Translations under genes and position numbers: made by a program | The notes under the pieces: generated by a model | What the model saw: only the letters and a program-made list of their open reading frames with translations | The model's database searches: none | What the model was told of the DNA's origin: nothing | Origin: Lytechinus pictus | Taxonomy: Eukaryota | Length of the DNA stretch: 64,000 bases | Direction: 5' to 3' | Assembly (NCBI RefSeq): GCF_037042905.1 | Contig: NC_087252.1 | Span: 496,001-560,000, forward strand | Part shown: piece after piece, positions 49,921 through 64,000 of the stretch | Position numbering within the stretch: the first letter of the stretch is position 1 | Layout of the letters: every line of letters begins with the position of its first letter

Positions 49921-52900
49921 TTAAGCAATGGGTGTAGACCATTCTGGCCTCTCCATAATAACGCAAATTAGTAATATATCTCTATGGGCCTTCCGTGCTC
50001 TCTGAGAGGGGAGGTCCACTTTCCAAAGCCCAAAATAGAGGGAGACACACAAGACCGCGCTCACCTACTGACAGGAGTGCGATAACTCAACCTGAACCCC
50101 TACCCTTCCCCAGACAGAATATTCTATAAGTAGGTAAACAGAAAGAACATGGCCATGTGAACTGGAGGTGATGGGGTGCTGCTCATTTTATTTATCGTTG
50201 GCAGCACCCCCTGGAAATCAGGTTGACCAAAAACAAGTTTATTCCTCCCAAATCTTTGTCATGTGGGAGCAATAGCCTTTTTTTCTGAAGACAGTTCCTG
50301 AATAAGCCCCCGGCAGCCCCTATTAAAATCGTTCGCAGGGCCCGGTACTAGAATGATTTTGGAGAAAACGAAAATCACAACTGAATATTGTTCTCAATCG
50401 TCTAGATCGCATTGTGACGTCACAGTTTCTTTCCCGCGCTGGCTAACTGAATATTTACGATAAACTCCACTCTATTAGTCAAGTGTTTGCATAAATTATT
50501 TACCAAAAGGCAGAAGGCAAACAGTTTTTTGAAAATTTTGACTAATATTAGCATTATAGTAGACATACAAGTCAATAAACTCTTTTGCCAATACCATAGG
50601 TCCTATAAAGGGTCAAGACAGAGTAAGCAGTTTGGTAGATGAAAAGGTGGGGGGAAACTACCAAGAGATATTTCAAGATATGCGAATTTTTAATCACCTA
50701 TAATTATAATCAAATGTTTTATCATTAACTACTTCAATAAATGATGAATAAATAAATAGATATACGCCGTTTTATTTCATTGTAAAAATGGTGTGGGTTT
50801 ATCTTTATTCATTCCCCCCTCTCTATACATGTGTATAAACAAATCAAACAAAGTCTGGCAATCTTGAAGTGCATTCAGGGTTGGTGTATGCACTCACGTA
50901 CATTAATATCAATTCAATTCACGAATGTAATTCCAGTGGGAGTTTTTTTTATTAATGATACTCACCATGTTGAGTAAATTGTGATGCACTTTGATCAGCG
51001 TCTAGTCTCGTTCTTAACATCTAATCTAGCCTAGCAACATGACAGGGATCTACGGGTGGGGTGGCTTTAGGGGACATGTCCCCCCCCCTCATTTCTGCTC
51101 AATGTTTTACATAATTAGCATAATTAGTAGGCTGCTTGTTTTTGTTTAATTTGACTAGTTACCAAAACATATAAACAGTAGTAGATAAATCAGTAGGCTT
51201 GAACAGGATAAACCGTGAAAGCTCAAATTTAAGAGGGGTCCCCTTCTCTGCAAAATTGCCCTATGCCCCATGGGACACGTGGGGGGCTGTCCTTGCCCTT
51301 CTGCAATATTACTCCCCCTATCATTCCATTTCCTACCCCCCCCCCGCACACTTCCTTTACTCGTATGTTTGTATTGCATTGCTCCATAACCCCGCCACAT
51401 CGAATGAGGTGTTAGAGAACTAATTAATGATTAATTCAGACGCTCTTGAAAGGAGAGATAATATTATTATACTTATTTTCTAGATGGGAGCGGGAGTGTC
51501 GAAGGGGATCAAAGTCAAATGATATGCATGTTCCATTATAGAGATATAGGTAGAGTTCGCATATTGTATAGTGGGAAGATTTAAGAGTTAAGCCACTTGA
51601 TAGTGACAACCCTCGCAATGATATGTAATTCTGATACTTTTTCTTTAAAGGTCAAGCCCATCCCAACAGAAAGCTGAATATATAACTTCTGAAGGTTTCC
51701 ATGGTTTTTTCACGATACACAATGGCGTACCGTGAAACCACTACCACTAAGTAGGCTGTATATACCAAGAAATTTCCTATCATTAAGCTGGATGTCTTAT
51801 CGAAATTGGATTTAAAATAAGACCGTGAAGTGTTGCTTAATTAAAAAAAGATATTTACGCGTATTAGGGCGTCCAAGTGGGATGTGACACAAAAAAAAGA
51901 TGGAAAAGAGAAGCAGAAGAAGCGAAAAGAGAAGAATACAAACGAACGAAAAGGAAAGGATAGAAGAAGAAAAGGAAACTTGTCTCTTTTCTTCTTTCTT
52001 TCCCTCTTTTTTTATTGATTGATATACATATATATTATACATTTTCTTTTATATTTCTTGGTTTTTTTTTCTCTCTCTCTGTCTTTTTTCTTACTGCAAA
52101 TTTCGCGCTAGTACTGTAAAAAAAACCTTCCTACACGCTCGCTCGCTGTCGTCTCTCGTATAATATCTTAAACTATGTCTGTTATACTTCTTCTGGCTTT
52201 TTGTATAAGACGTAACATAAAAAGACCACATGACTTCAATGCAATGGTTATGGAATGTAAGAAAATTTTGCTGTGACTGAATATTTCCCTGATTTCATTA
52301 CAGGGTGGTTTTAAACCTTGGATAATCCGAAAATGAGGGGGCGCGAGATGATTGAGGTGTCTTTTTTAAAAATCTTTTAACTGATAATATATTCCACCCT
52401 CGATCAGATTTAAAGGTGCACACGACATTATGACGCGTGTGAAAACAAGAGAAATTAATTGGGGAATTGAATGCTAAAATCTTTAAAATACTATTTTTTC
52501 TACTTAATATCTTAGGTTTTACGATTCATGAATCTTTATTAGTTACGATGCATTTAGCGCTACTTAAAAACTGATTATTAGTATAATTCTCATATGTAAC
52601 TTAGAAATAATGATCGTTTACTCAACCTGTTTTACAATTATTTTAATCATATTTTGTTGACTGCGTAAATGTTTTTCATGACAAACTTATTTGTTTTTGT
52701 CTTTTGATTAAGTTTTACAATTCATCGTGTTAATTTAGTGGTCTAGACTTAATTGATGTAGTTTGCAGATTTCTATAGGTGTTTTTTCATAGATGTACAT
52801 TGTCTTCAATTACTGATGTAAGGACCCCATTGGAAATAAGCCATCTCGGCTTTCATGGGCAATCCTGTCAAGGTATACACTTCTGTTCATATTTTCTTGT

Positions 52901-53074
52901 ACTTGTTCATAGTTACCTGACAAATAAAATCAATCAATCAATCAACAGGCGATACATGACATCTTGCAGCTCATACTTTAAAATTAATCTGATGTCAATT
53001 ATGCGCAGCTCTTATTGTTTAATCTGATAAGTGATTGACGTATAGGGATTACTCTTTCCATTGTCGGATTAGTA

Positions 53075-53313
53075 CACTGTAAAAACTGTGGTGTTAAAAC
53101 TGACACCAATTGGTGTTAATAGAGGACCACACCCTGAGGTGTTAAAATAACACCCTAGAGATTGAACATAACACCAAAGAGTGTAAATGTAACAACCATA
53201 GGTGTTGTAATAACACCTGTAGGTGTAAAACTAACACCACCAATTTAACACCGGTGTAAAATAACTGGTGTGGTCCTCTATGTACACCGGTTAACACCAC
53301 AGTTTTTGCTGTG
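53075..53313. mobile_element. CAC-terminated (EnSpm/CMC-like) MITE
   Basis: ta-cactgtaaaaactgtggtgttaa ... ttaacaccacagtttttgctgtg-ta; taacacc subrepeats. Confidence 0.8.
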
Positions 53314-53419
53314 TATTTATTTTTTTGACTTAACACTTACTGAATACCCAGTCAGCCTACTTATCTCATAAGATTCCGCGAGCCCGTTCATAAAAAATAA
53401 TCTCACTTGAGAAATCCCA

Positions 53420-54917
53420 TTTGATTTGATTTGATTTGATTTGAATTTATTTTTCCACTTTCGTTTACAATAACAAATCATATATGACAATAATACATAT
53501 CAATCAAGAAATAGTTACACAAAATCGAAAAATTAACAATAATTTGTCAAAAAAGATAACAAAAGTGGGGGAACCTAAATTAAAAGCAAAGCTTGTATTG
53601 CTTAGGACCCAGTGAAATAACATTTTTTATTTATACAACATTAACAAAAAAAATAAAAACAAATTTGTTGGTTGGAAAATACTTGATTTTGTAAGAAAAG
53701 GAAAAAAAAATAATAATGATAACGGTGACAATATTTATAATAGCAATTATTATGCTATAGTAACTATAATCCTGCGAAGACGGACATGTAAAATAGAATA
53801 TGGGACAGACAAAATTACAAAACACAAACATATAACAAGAACAAAAAATTATAGCACAAAACTTAAACGAAAATTAAATATTTCATACCCTGAAGAATTA
53901 CTGTCGAAATAAAATTGTCATAGCATCAGATAAAACATTTTAAAATTTAAATATTTAAATAAGGTAACACTGCGCGTATGGAATAAATAATAAAAGAAAG
54001 CAAGAGTGATAATGCAAAATCATTCAGATGATCAGGACAGATAATGTATGGGTGCGCGCGTAGCAGGAACAATAACTTAATCTTTGTATTTTAAGAGTAA
54101 CGATAATTTCAATCTTTTTTTAAATACATATAAAGAAGGATAATTTTTTAAGTAATCAGAAAAAGAATTCCAGAGGTTTGGACCTTCATATATAGGCCTA
54201 AACGTATTTTTAGCGAAGAGAGTTCTAAGCAAAGGCAAATGAAACTCTTCTGATCGTCTCGTTGGGTAATAATGAATTGCGCGATTTCTTAAAAACATAT
54301 TATCGAAAGAATTTGGCAACAAATCGTTAGTATACTTAAACATAAATTGACCTAATTGAAGCAGATATAAATCTTTTACTTTCAGAATACTACTATCATA
54401 GAAAAATGGATCAGTATGAGCACGAAAATCTACTTGATTAATAATTCTAACCGCTCTTTTTTGCAACAATAAAAGTTTGTCTAAGATAGTTTGGTGAGCG
54501 TTGCCCCAAGCAAGTAAGCCGTAATTCAAATACGGTAATGTTAGAGAAAAATATAATGTTAGTAAGGCAGAAGGTAGAAGTTGGATCTTTAGTCTATTTA
54601 GTATACCTATGTTGCGTGAAATCTTTTTAGAAATATTATCGATATGAATCTTCCATGAAAGCTTATTGTCAATTATTACACCAAGAAACTTAGAATATAA
54701 TACCTTTTCTAAGGGAGTGTCATCAAAAACTATATCAGCTGGTAAGGCATCAATTGAATTACTAAAAAGGATATATTTGGTCTTTTCTAAATTTAGAGAT
54801 AATCTATTTGCTCGAATCCACTGAGTAATGTTTTTTAGTTCAGTATTCACAATTTCAACAAGGGTGTTTGGATTTGAATGAGAGAAAAACAAGTTTGTAT
54901 CGTCAGCAAATAATATA
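53420..54917 (-). mobile_element. 5'-truncated CR1/L2-type LINE (RT C-terminus ORF at 54077-54916)
   Basis: ILFADDTNL, RANRLSLNLEKTK, KFLGVIIDNKLSWKIHI, LQKRAVRII; 3' AATAAA followed by a (TCAAA)n tail. Confidence 0.93.
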
Positions 54918-55171
54918 AGTATTAAATCATATAAGTATTAAATTTTCGTACAACCTTAAAAGAATTGGGTTTAAAGCAATCTTTTTTGTCACGTCATTTA
55001 CATACCGCAGTCAATTCAATCCACGCAACCATCATATAAGTATTAAATTTTCGTACAACCTTAAAAGAATTGGGTTTAAAGCAATCTTTTTTGTCACGTC
55101 ATTGATATTGTGGAAATTTTTTTTCGTTTTGTCATTTCAGGTGTGCTTTGAGGTTTTTCCTCCTTAATGGA

Positions 55172-55578
55172 AGGCCACCGCACACTTTACGATTGGTCTG
55201 CGATCCTATTACGGAATAAAACGTAGTAGAATATGATATTGAGACTTGGAATGTCTTGCCGGTAATGTTTGTAATCATCGTACGAATAGATGTTCAATTT
55301 TGTGACTATCATCCTTATTAGAATAAAAGCGAATTAATATCTAGTCGTAATGACGTCATAGCAATCGTACGATCGGCTACGATTTGAAATTAATCTATCT
55401 TTTACTCCAAAATAAAGGCTTGCAATCATTCAAAATTATTCTCTCAGTTTTCTTTCAGTTTAAAAATTTGAATCTCCCAGTAAAAAGATAATTTTCATTC
55501 ACATTTTCAGAAAAATTAGAAAAAAATGCGATTTGCTCCAAATAGGACCGTGGACCAGTCGTAAGATGTGCTGTGGCC
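55172..55578. mobile_element. PIF/Harbinger-like MITE (paralog at 57914-58330)
   Basis: aggccaccgcacactttacga ... tcgtaagatgtgctgtggcc; colinear with 57914-58330. Confidence 0.8.
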
Positions 55579-55807
55579 CGTTAACATAATTAAACATGCT
55601 TATCCGTTAACTCCGGCTTCTCTAATGTTACACCGGTTATACCGACTCGAGACCGACAACAGCTATAACGTTTTTACCATTGACATACCATCGATCGGTT
55701 TGGAATCGGTTTCTTTTGAATGTGTGACTCTAACATGAATTACAATCATCGTCATTGTACATCATCAGGCAAGTTCCCTTAATTTGTCCGTGTTGTGCAT
55801 ACAACTT

Positions 55808-56854
55808 AAACAAGAGGAACGCCCATGGCAGTCTCGCCTGCATTACGCAATTCGATATAGCAGCAGTGCTTCCTTTGAAAACAGCTAATGAATAATTATT
55901 CACAGAAGAAAACACTAATTTGATAATAAAATATTATGTCCGTTGACCCAAAATGACCTTTGACCATGATCATGTGACATAAGACATGTGCAAAACAACC
56001 ATACTTGATTACCCTTATGTCGATGTTTCATGAGCTAGATCCATAAACTTCTCAAGTTACATGTATGATACCAATTCAACGCATACTCCCAACACGGCCA
56101 GATTTAATCATTGACCTTTAAATGACCTTTGATCTTGGCCATGTTCCTGAAACACACAAAGGGTATTCAGGGATACATTGCTGCTGTTATGTCCATGTTT
56201 CATGAACTAGATCCATAAAATTTAAGTTATGATGACAATTCCTCAAATACCCCCAATATGGCCAAAGTTCGATGACCCTAAGTGACCGTTGACCTTGGTC
56301 ATGTGATCTGGAACTCGCACATGATATTCAGGGATACATGGTTGCTCTTATGTCCAAGTTTCAAGACCTAGATTTATAAAAATTTTAAGTTATGATGGCA
56401 ATTCCTCAAATAACCCAAAATGGCAAAAGTTGACCCTAAGTGACCTTTGACCTTAATCATGTGACCTGAAACTCATGCAGGAACTTCAGTGATACACTAT
56501 TACCCTTATGTCTAAGTTTTATGAACTAGGTTCAGACACTTTTGAAGTTATGACAACATTTCAAAATCTTAACCTTGGTTAAGATTTCGATATTGACTCC
56601 CCCAACATGGTCTAAGTTCATTGACCCTAAATAACCTTTGACCTTGGTCATGTGACATGAAACTCTGGCAGGATGTTTAGTAATACTTGATTACCCTTAT
56701 GTCCAAGTTTCATGAACTAGGTTCATATACTTTTTAACATTATGATGACATTTCAAAAACTTAACCTTGGTTAAGATTTCAATGTTGACGACGCTGCCGT
56801 CGCCGCCGTCGGAAAAGCGGCGCCTCTGGTCTCGCTCTGCTATGTAGGCGACAA
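55808..56854. mobile_element. Helentron/Helitron-like non-autonomous element with internal ~125-bp tandem repeats
   Basis: aacaagag start; subterminal inverted repeat gtctcgcctgca / tgtaggcgac; GC-rich hairpin near 56795-56825; repeated tgacctttgacc...catgtgac units. Confidence 0.7.
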
Positions 56855-57913
56855 GCAACAACTGTGATTTGTCTTAACTTTCATATTATACATCCGATTT
56901 TAGTGGATTATTTTTGCATTACTCTTTTTTAATGTCCTGTTTTTATCCAAATAAACTTATTGATGGTGAGGAAGTCACCTCAACAAAGTTAAAGTAATAA
57001 ACTGTATGCCCCCAAACAGCTGTCATCACAATAACGTGGACGAGATGAAATAACAATTTTGAGTTCACAAAAAGACACGTAGCATCTACCATGGCTATCT
57101 TTTGATTTTCTTATTTATTTCTTATAACGATCATGACTCATTTGAAATATCCAAAGTATAATATCTTATTCACTCTATTTTTCAAACATGACTCATTACA
57201 AATATCAAAGTCCAAAAGTATTTACGGGTTTCCCGCGCCAACATTCAATGAACAACGTCTCCCTGTCCCCATCATTTACAATCATGATAATCGAAATATT
57301 TGAAGGATATCAAATGCGATTGGTAGCTATCAATAACATAAAATGGGGATGAGTCATGCATTAAATATTAGCAATTGATAACCTTGTTTAAATAAAATTC
57401 TTTTTATTTCAATTATTGATTGAAAGTGTTTGAATGGGGTGACTCACGATGTCGTACCAGTAGTATATGCCCACGACTGATTCGAGAACATAGAAAATAT
57501 TTTGTCAAATGCCCTTCATGACAATGAACAATCAATACGTGTTTGTCGAAAATTAGTTAATCGAAACAGCAGTTTGAAGGGCATTTGACAATAATTTTCT
57601 ATGTTCTTGGATTCGTCGTGGGTCGTGCTGCGGAAAACCCCTATTAAACGACACTACTTATTTGCAATGGTTCGTCAGCTCCTAATCCCAGGACGAAACT
57701 CTCTGTTCTAAGGAGCGTTTTATGAAAGGACTTGTCAGACGTTTTATCCGACATGGTAATGGTGCCTCTCAGCCAATCATAATCAAGTAAAGTTGTCAGA
57801 GCTGAAAACTTGTCGGCGAAAATGTTGACGAAGCCCTCCCCCGGTTCACCAATTATCGACAAAGACCTCCCAGCTGTTCATTGTCATTTACCGGGTATTT
57901 TCTACACATCTTA

Positions 57914-58330
57914 AGGCGACCGCACACCTTACGAATGGTCTGCGACTCAATTTTGGAACAAAACGTAGTATAGAATTTTATGCTAATATTGAGACTTGGA
58001 ATATCTTACTGCGTAATGTTCGAAATCATCGTACGAATACTATGTTCAAATCTGTGACTATGCTATCATCCTTCTTAGAATAAAAACAAATTTAATATCT
58101 AGTCGTAATGACGTCATAGCAGTCGTACGATTGGCTACGATTTGAAACTAATTTGGCCTTTACTCCAACATAAAGGCTTGCAAACTTTCAAAATGGTTAT
58201 ATTAGTATTTTTATCAATTAATTTTAACCTCAAATAAAATAATATGTTCCATTCACATTTTCAGAAAATGAGCAAAATGCGATTTGTTCTAAAATCGGAT
58301 CGCGAACAGTCGTAAGGTGTGCGGTGGCCT
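57914..58330. mobile_element. PIF/Harbinger-like MITE
   Basis: tta-aggcgaccgcacaccttacga ... tcgtaaggtgtgcggtggcct-taa. Confidence 0.85.
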
Positions 58331-60339
58331 TAATATGTTCTTGAATCTGTCCTGTGTGGCAGAGTGAAAGCTTCCTAGCGATACACCTCACCGAGGGTAT
58401 TCATCTTGTAAATTTTCATTACAAACAAGATATCATTTGAACAGCCCTACCCATGCTAACAGGACATGGACTGTTTCAAAAGTAATAAATGCCTGTAGTT
58501 ATTCTTATGTCCGAGCAAAAAGATGTGTTTCATAATTATGTTTTATAGGAATATCCCTATTTATAATCATCCTTCCTTTTCCAACCCTTATATCAAAATG
58601 TATTATTTAAAAAAAAATATAATGTCATAATCCTCCAACATGAACAACTTAACTTCACTTTCCAAAAGCAGACACATTCACTAACATAATCAGTGGCATA
58701 CAGATGGGGGGGGGGGGGGGGGGCTTGGGGGCCCACCCATTTTTTTACGAGCAAGAAAAAAAAAGAACAGAAAAAGAAAGAGTGTAATATTATATTATTT
58801 TCTGAATATTATCTCAAAATCTCTCACAATTTTTTTTGTATTTCGAAATTTTAACAGATTTTGCCCGATATTCAATAATAGCCCCCTCAAAATGTTTTGC
58901 TCATTACACCACTGGTATAACCATACACACCATTTACTATTATAGTCCTTTTCTGTTTCTTTTCTATTTCATGATCACAGCTGTCATTTCAAACAAAGCC
59001 TGTTGTAAAAATTCACATGGAACCATAAAAGCACGCCAGTAACAATGGTAATTTATTGAAGAGCTGGCGCGTGCAAGAAATTGATAATTGCTTATTTTGT
59101 TCAATATAGCGCGGCTCTGTGTCTCCCCATACGGATGATTTATTCAAATGATTTCTCTACAAATTCTGATCCCAGAAGCGTAATGAACAAAGAAAAAAAA
59201 ATAGAGGAGGTCAGGTATGGCAGGTAGAGCGATTTCAAGTTCTGAAAAAAATGTTAGCGAGCGAGTTGCTCAGGCCAAAAATGTGATATTATTACCATAG
59301 ATAGTCTCTTTTTTTGGAAAGATTTTAACATATTATTTAGAAAGTATTATAATGTTTTAGTGATTCCATTTCCCCTTTTTTTCTTCATTGCCCTTTTTGT
59401 CCCAATGCATCCGAACGCCAGAGCTTGAACCCCCCAAAGTGTACGGCTTGCAATCAAATGCAAATGTATACCCCCTGATTCCTCCCTTCTTGCATTAACG
59501 TTACCAAATGTGAAGAAAATTGCCAAAATTTATAATAATAATTGCAATTCAATTGCAATTATGTTCACTGCATTGCCATCTGAATAAAACACCACTGCAA
59601 AACCAGTCAGTGAACGTGTCCCTCGTTTCTCGTCTCTCGTCTCAGTCTCAGGCGATATATTGATCTCGCCGGCAGACAGAGGAAAGAAGCTAAATTTTGA
59701 CAATCCCTCTGCTATACCCCCACGCTTATATTCAATTCAATTCAATAAAGGGTTTATTCAGCAATAAAATTCAATACATGATATACAGCCATAAGACTGA
59801 ATTTATTCATGTTCACAATAAAAATATATAAAGTTCACCAAATGAATGGGCAACATCAATATAAGGAAACAAGCTAATTATATACAAGTACATGGAAGAC
59901 GTTATGGTAAGCTTAAAACATAAATAAATACATTTATCAAAAGTCTTAAAATTAAGCTATTCAAAATAGAAAAATGTGAATGTACATAATTACAATATAC
60001 ATAAATAAATACAATTTAAAAAGTGATAAAGATTAAAATTTGATTTAAATAGAATTGAATAGCGACCAAAGGATTAAAAAATTGTATAATTATAAGACTG
60101 TGAATATGTAATTTGATTTGAATTAATTAAATCTATAAAAATATGGTATTGCACTTTTCCTAAACGGATCTGTTTGCATCTGAACTGTTCAAAATTTCTA
60201 TCCCAAGTCATTGTTGTGTGTTTTGAGACATGTAAAGGTTTGTGATAAATCAATATTTATCAAGAAAGTGATTGTGTGTCTCGGATCTTGTCTCATTTGG
60301 CGAGTATTCGCAACGCGACGCAGGACAAATTCAAGAACA

Positions 60340-60855
60340 AAGTAAATATATTGAAGATGTCTGTCAACTGACAATAAACAGCTGGGAGGCCTTTGACGAA
60401 AATTAGTGAACCTGAACAGGAATTCATCCTAAGTTTGGGAGCTGACAAAACGTTGCAAATTTGTCGTTCGTCCAGAGTCCAGGACGAAACTGCTGTTTTG
60501 ATTCACCAGTTTTCGACAAGTACTTTTTTGTTCTTTGTCAGGAAGGGCATTTGGCAATACAATGTCATGTTCCTGGATCTGTTCCGCGTCACGGTGCATA
60601 AACTTCATAATCTTGGCTGATTCTGGACATGAGTTTTAGAGGTCTCTTTTTTGGTGTCGAGTTAGGGAGTTTTTGCATCGCGACGTAGAGCGGATACAAA
60701 AACAGATGAATGAAATATTGGCAATTTTTCACCAGGTCCAAAACTTATTAAGGAACTGCTTTCTGGTTCACTAATTTTCGACAAAGACCTTTCTACTGTT
60801 CATTGTCATTTGACGGACATTTTCAATGCATTAATTTACTCTATTCTTGAATTCC
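60340..60855. mobile_element. Degenerate inverted-repeat element (related fragments at 57460-57900)
   Basis: tgacaataaacagctgggaggcctttgacgaaaattagtgaacc is inverted relative to ggttcactaattttcgacaaagacc...tgttcattgtca. Confidence 0.6.
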
Positions 60856-62066
60856 ATATGATCGTAGTGAGAAAACTGCCTCAGTATCGGCCTCAGTGAT
60901 AGTAAGCTAGTATGTGATACAAGGTGGGAATATTCTTGTAAACAGTTGATTCTACAACACGATTCATGAAACAAAACTGTTGAATTATAGATTCCCCTTC
61001 CACGTGCCAGAACTTCTCTCTTATTAAGACAAAATTATTTTAAAAGCACAAAAAAGTTTAGGTACGCCTGCCAGAATGTTAAAACTGCATTTATAAAAGT
61101 TAAACAAACAAAAAGTTTGATGTTCTGATTTAGTGGATTATGAAAAACGAATATTTGAGGAAAGAAAAAAAGGTTAAAAATTGTAAGAGATTGGGAAATG
61201 GTTTCTAATGGAATATCTATGTCCCACCCATCGCAGTTTTAGGCCTATAGCTTAAAACTGCAGAAATGAAACTATATAATTCATGATACATTACAATAGA
61301 ATGAGTTTATCAGACTTATGTGTATTGTACATGAAATGTAAACTGTGTGGTGTTTAAATTACCCATCATGCTTATACTTGAACTCAGGTTGGGCGAGGAC
61401 AAAAGCGAAAGAAGCTAGACCTGTTAATGGACTTTGAATCCAAACCAAACGCTATTTTGCCGCCATTGAATAGGACCGAACGGGCACGCACGTCTGCGCC
61501 AGACTAAGTTGGGCGGAAGATCGGGACACTGCAGTATCCAGCGAGTTTGAAAATTTTTGAGATAGTTCTGGATTAGGGCAAACGTCATCTCCCCAAGATG
61601 GATAATATTTGGAAGAAAGCCATCTTTATCCTTCTAGTGAGCTGGATTTCATTTAAAGGTGAGTTAATATAATCTTGCTTGACGTTGTCCCTGATGATGA
61701 AGTATAAGATAGATGTTGGTATAGAGACGAATTAGGAATGATGTCGGATTAATACTGTGACATCTATATGGTATTGGTACTAATCTATCTCCAAAGTGCT
61801 CCTTAAATTCAGCGAGATTTCTCTCTCGATAGGAGCATATTCCATCTAGGAATTGAATATGGATTATACACTGTCCATTATACATATAACTTTGCAAATT
61901 TATGTAATCTAGATCAGGTAGCCTCGTTATTCTTCTTGAATGGACTATAACGTCACTTTTGGGGGATATCTTGCTCTGAGCGTCTTGTGAAATGTTAAGC
62001 TGACATTTTATGTGATTTTCTTTTTACCATCAACGTGATTAATACTGCCGCTGACGTACAGGTAAT

Positions 62067-62341
62067 AGGGAGTTTTCGCGTTTACTACGGAGACACTCTC
62101 TACAACTCACCAATTCTTTTTAAAATGCAATTAAAATATCAAAAGAGAGCTATCATCCGAAGATTTGCACCGGACGAACAATTGCAAATATGTCGTTGTC
62201 CAGAGTAAAAAGATCCCGATGCTGTCCCGGTACACCAACCTTCGAAAAAAAGCCTCTCAGGTCTTTATGATTTTTAATTGCATTTTCAAAGAAGTCGATG
62301 CTTTGTAGAGAGTTTCTCCGTAGTAAAAACGAAATCTCTCT
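62067..62341. mobile_element. Palindromic MITE
   Basis: agggagttttcgcgtttactacggagacactctctacaa ... ttgtagagagtttctccgtagtaaaaacgaaatctctct. Confidence 0.75.
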
Positions 62342-62929
62342 ATGGTAAAAGCTGACCCTAGGTTATTTAGATCATGAAATCATAATTATATTCATAAATT
62401 CAATTGGTTTCTTATTTCCCCCCTTGATCTTTCATTATGCTACCTTGTCGGTTTGTTGCCCATTTTTCTTTCTGAAGGCGATTAAGGATGCTGTCATATA
62501 TCTGTCATTTCCGTATCTGCCCCTGCCCATTAATTCAATTTTTCTGCCTCTTCATTCACTAGTGTCCCCATGCTTACCTTCTTTTTTCCCCTTTAAATAT
62601 GTTAATCTCTTGCTCTCATTCTACTTCCTAGATTTTTCATCAAAATCGTCCTTTCCCTTTCCCGCAGCATGCTTTACCAATATTCGTTGTCTCTCTTTAT
62701 TCTTTAACTTTTATCTCGCTATGATTTCAATCCGTTAAATCTAAATGCTAATATACAAATATCGGAATAATCACCGTCATCGTCTTCATCGCCGTACTGT
62801 TAGTTGTAGAAGTACATGAAGTAGCCATTTGATCATGCTAGTGGCGATAGAATAGTCGTTGTCATGGTTGTTGAAATAATTATATCATCATGATTATTAG
62901 CAATACAAGCTTTATTTATTCTTAGTTCT

Positions 62930-62971
62930 GTAGTAGATGTAGTAGTAAAAGTAGTAGTAGTAGTATTAGTA

Positions 62972-63028
<57 letters not shown>

Positions 63029-63213
63029 TAGTGATAGCAGTTGTAGTAGTAGTAGTAGCAGCAGTAGTAGTAGTAGTAGTAGTCGTAGCAGCAGTAGTAG
63101 TAGTAGTAGCAGCAGCAGCAGCTGTAGTAGTAGTAGTTGTTGTTGTTGTAGCAGCAGTAGTAGTAGTAGTAGTTGTAGTAGTAGTTGTAGTAGTACAAGT
63201 AGTAGTAGTAGTA

Positions 63214-63257
<44 letters not shown>

Positions 63258-63362
63258 TAGTAGTGGTGGTGGTAGTGGTAGTGGTAGTGGAAGTAGTAGT
63301 AGTAGTAGTAGTAGTAGTGTAAGAAATAGAATAGAAAGTAATATTGCTAGCAGCAGTAGCAA
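62930..63362. repeat. Long (TAG)n/(CAG)n microsatellite
   Basis: Direct inspection; it explains the poly-T/L/V/Y ORFs. Confidence 0.95.
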
Positions 63363-64000
63363 TAACTTTTGTAGACTGATAGATGTAGTATTTATAGTTG
63401 TATCCGTTGTAGCATGATAGAGGCCTTAGTTGATATTTTATTGTCATTGGGATGCATTTCTATAATTACTCTCTATTTTAAATCTTATAGCATGGTAACA
63501 GCCTTCTTGTGATTGGTTACAGTTTCTCACGTGATAAGAGGTTGTTTGTTTCATTGATTAGTCGAGAGAAAAGAAAGTTTGATGAACTACATTTCGTTTT
63601 CTTGCCCCTAAGACCTCAGGCATAATATGCCAATACACTAATACAGGGGCAAAGGGTCCTTCTACATTAATAAAACAAAATAGTCCAAAAGGAGCTAACA
63701 AAATTATATCTTGTATGGGGAGCCAGCGCCGGAGCCAGATTATTTTTTAAATGGACCATGCTGATTGGTCGATTGGTGATGCATAAATAGCTTACGTCAT
63801 CGCACAATAAAAATGAGCTCGGAAACATGTGTTCTGTAGCAAACAAATTATGGTACTGCTGGCTGACCATGCAGAAAAAATGAATCAAAATCATGAAATA
63901 TACATTTATTAATGAAACATTTAATAGCTTCTTCATCCAGTCTGCTAGAAGTTAAGACCCAAATTCAAAACGATTCAATTTTGGAAAGTATGTAAAACAA

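Noticed and set aside
51436..51630. Minus-strand 60-aa ORF
   Set aside because: No coherent exon; at most a heavily decayed LINE RT remnant
61664..61897. Minus-strand 77-aa ORF or possible exon
   Set aside because: A plausible acceptor exists but no recognisable protein and no partner exon; cannot support
62833..63447. 204-, 146- and 61-aa ORFs rich in T, L, V and Y
   Set aside because: Translations of a (TAG)n microsatellite

Overview
AT-rich, repeat-dense animal genomic DNA; the SINE/MITE content and gene style suggest an echinoderm such as a sea urchin (inference). Main contents: (1) a very young full-length Ty3/Gypsy LTR retrotransposon on the minus strand (2519-10748) with 591-bp LTRs, GAAA target duplication, a tRNA-Leu primer-binding site, gag and pol. 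It sits inside a ~450-bp TIR element, and its own 5' LTR carries a 1078-bp pogo-like element. (2) A 4-exon ABHD10-like alpha/beta-hydrolase gene (12631-16629, +), head-to-head with a probable first coding exon (MGRRK) of an unidentified minus-strand gene. (3) A spliced minus-strand gene, not recovered by the ORF track, encoding a 100-aa secreted prepropeptide (signal peptide, RR site, 4-Cys C-terminal peptide; coding exons 29557-29737 and 29042-29163, probable 5'UTR exon near 41 kb). (4) Two 5'-truncated CR1/L2-type LINE fragments, a SINE, a Helentron-like element, many MITEs/foldbacks and microsatellites. Most short ORFs in the track are non-coding artefacts. All calls were made by eye, with no database searches.
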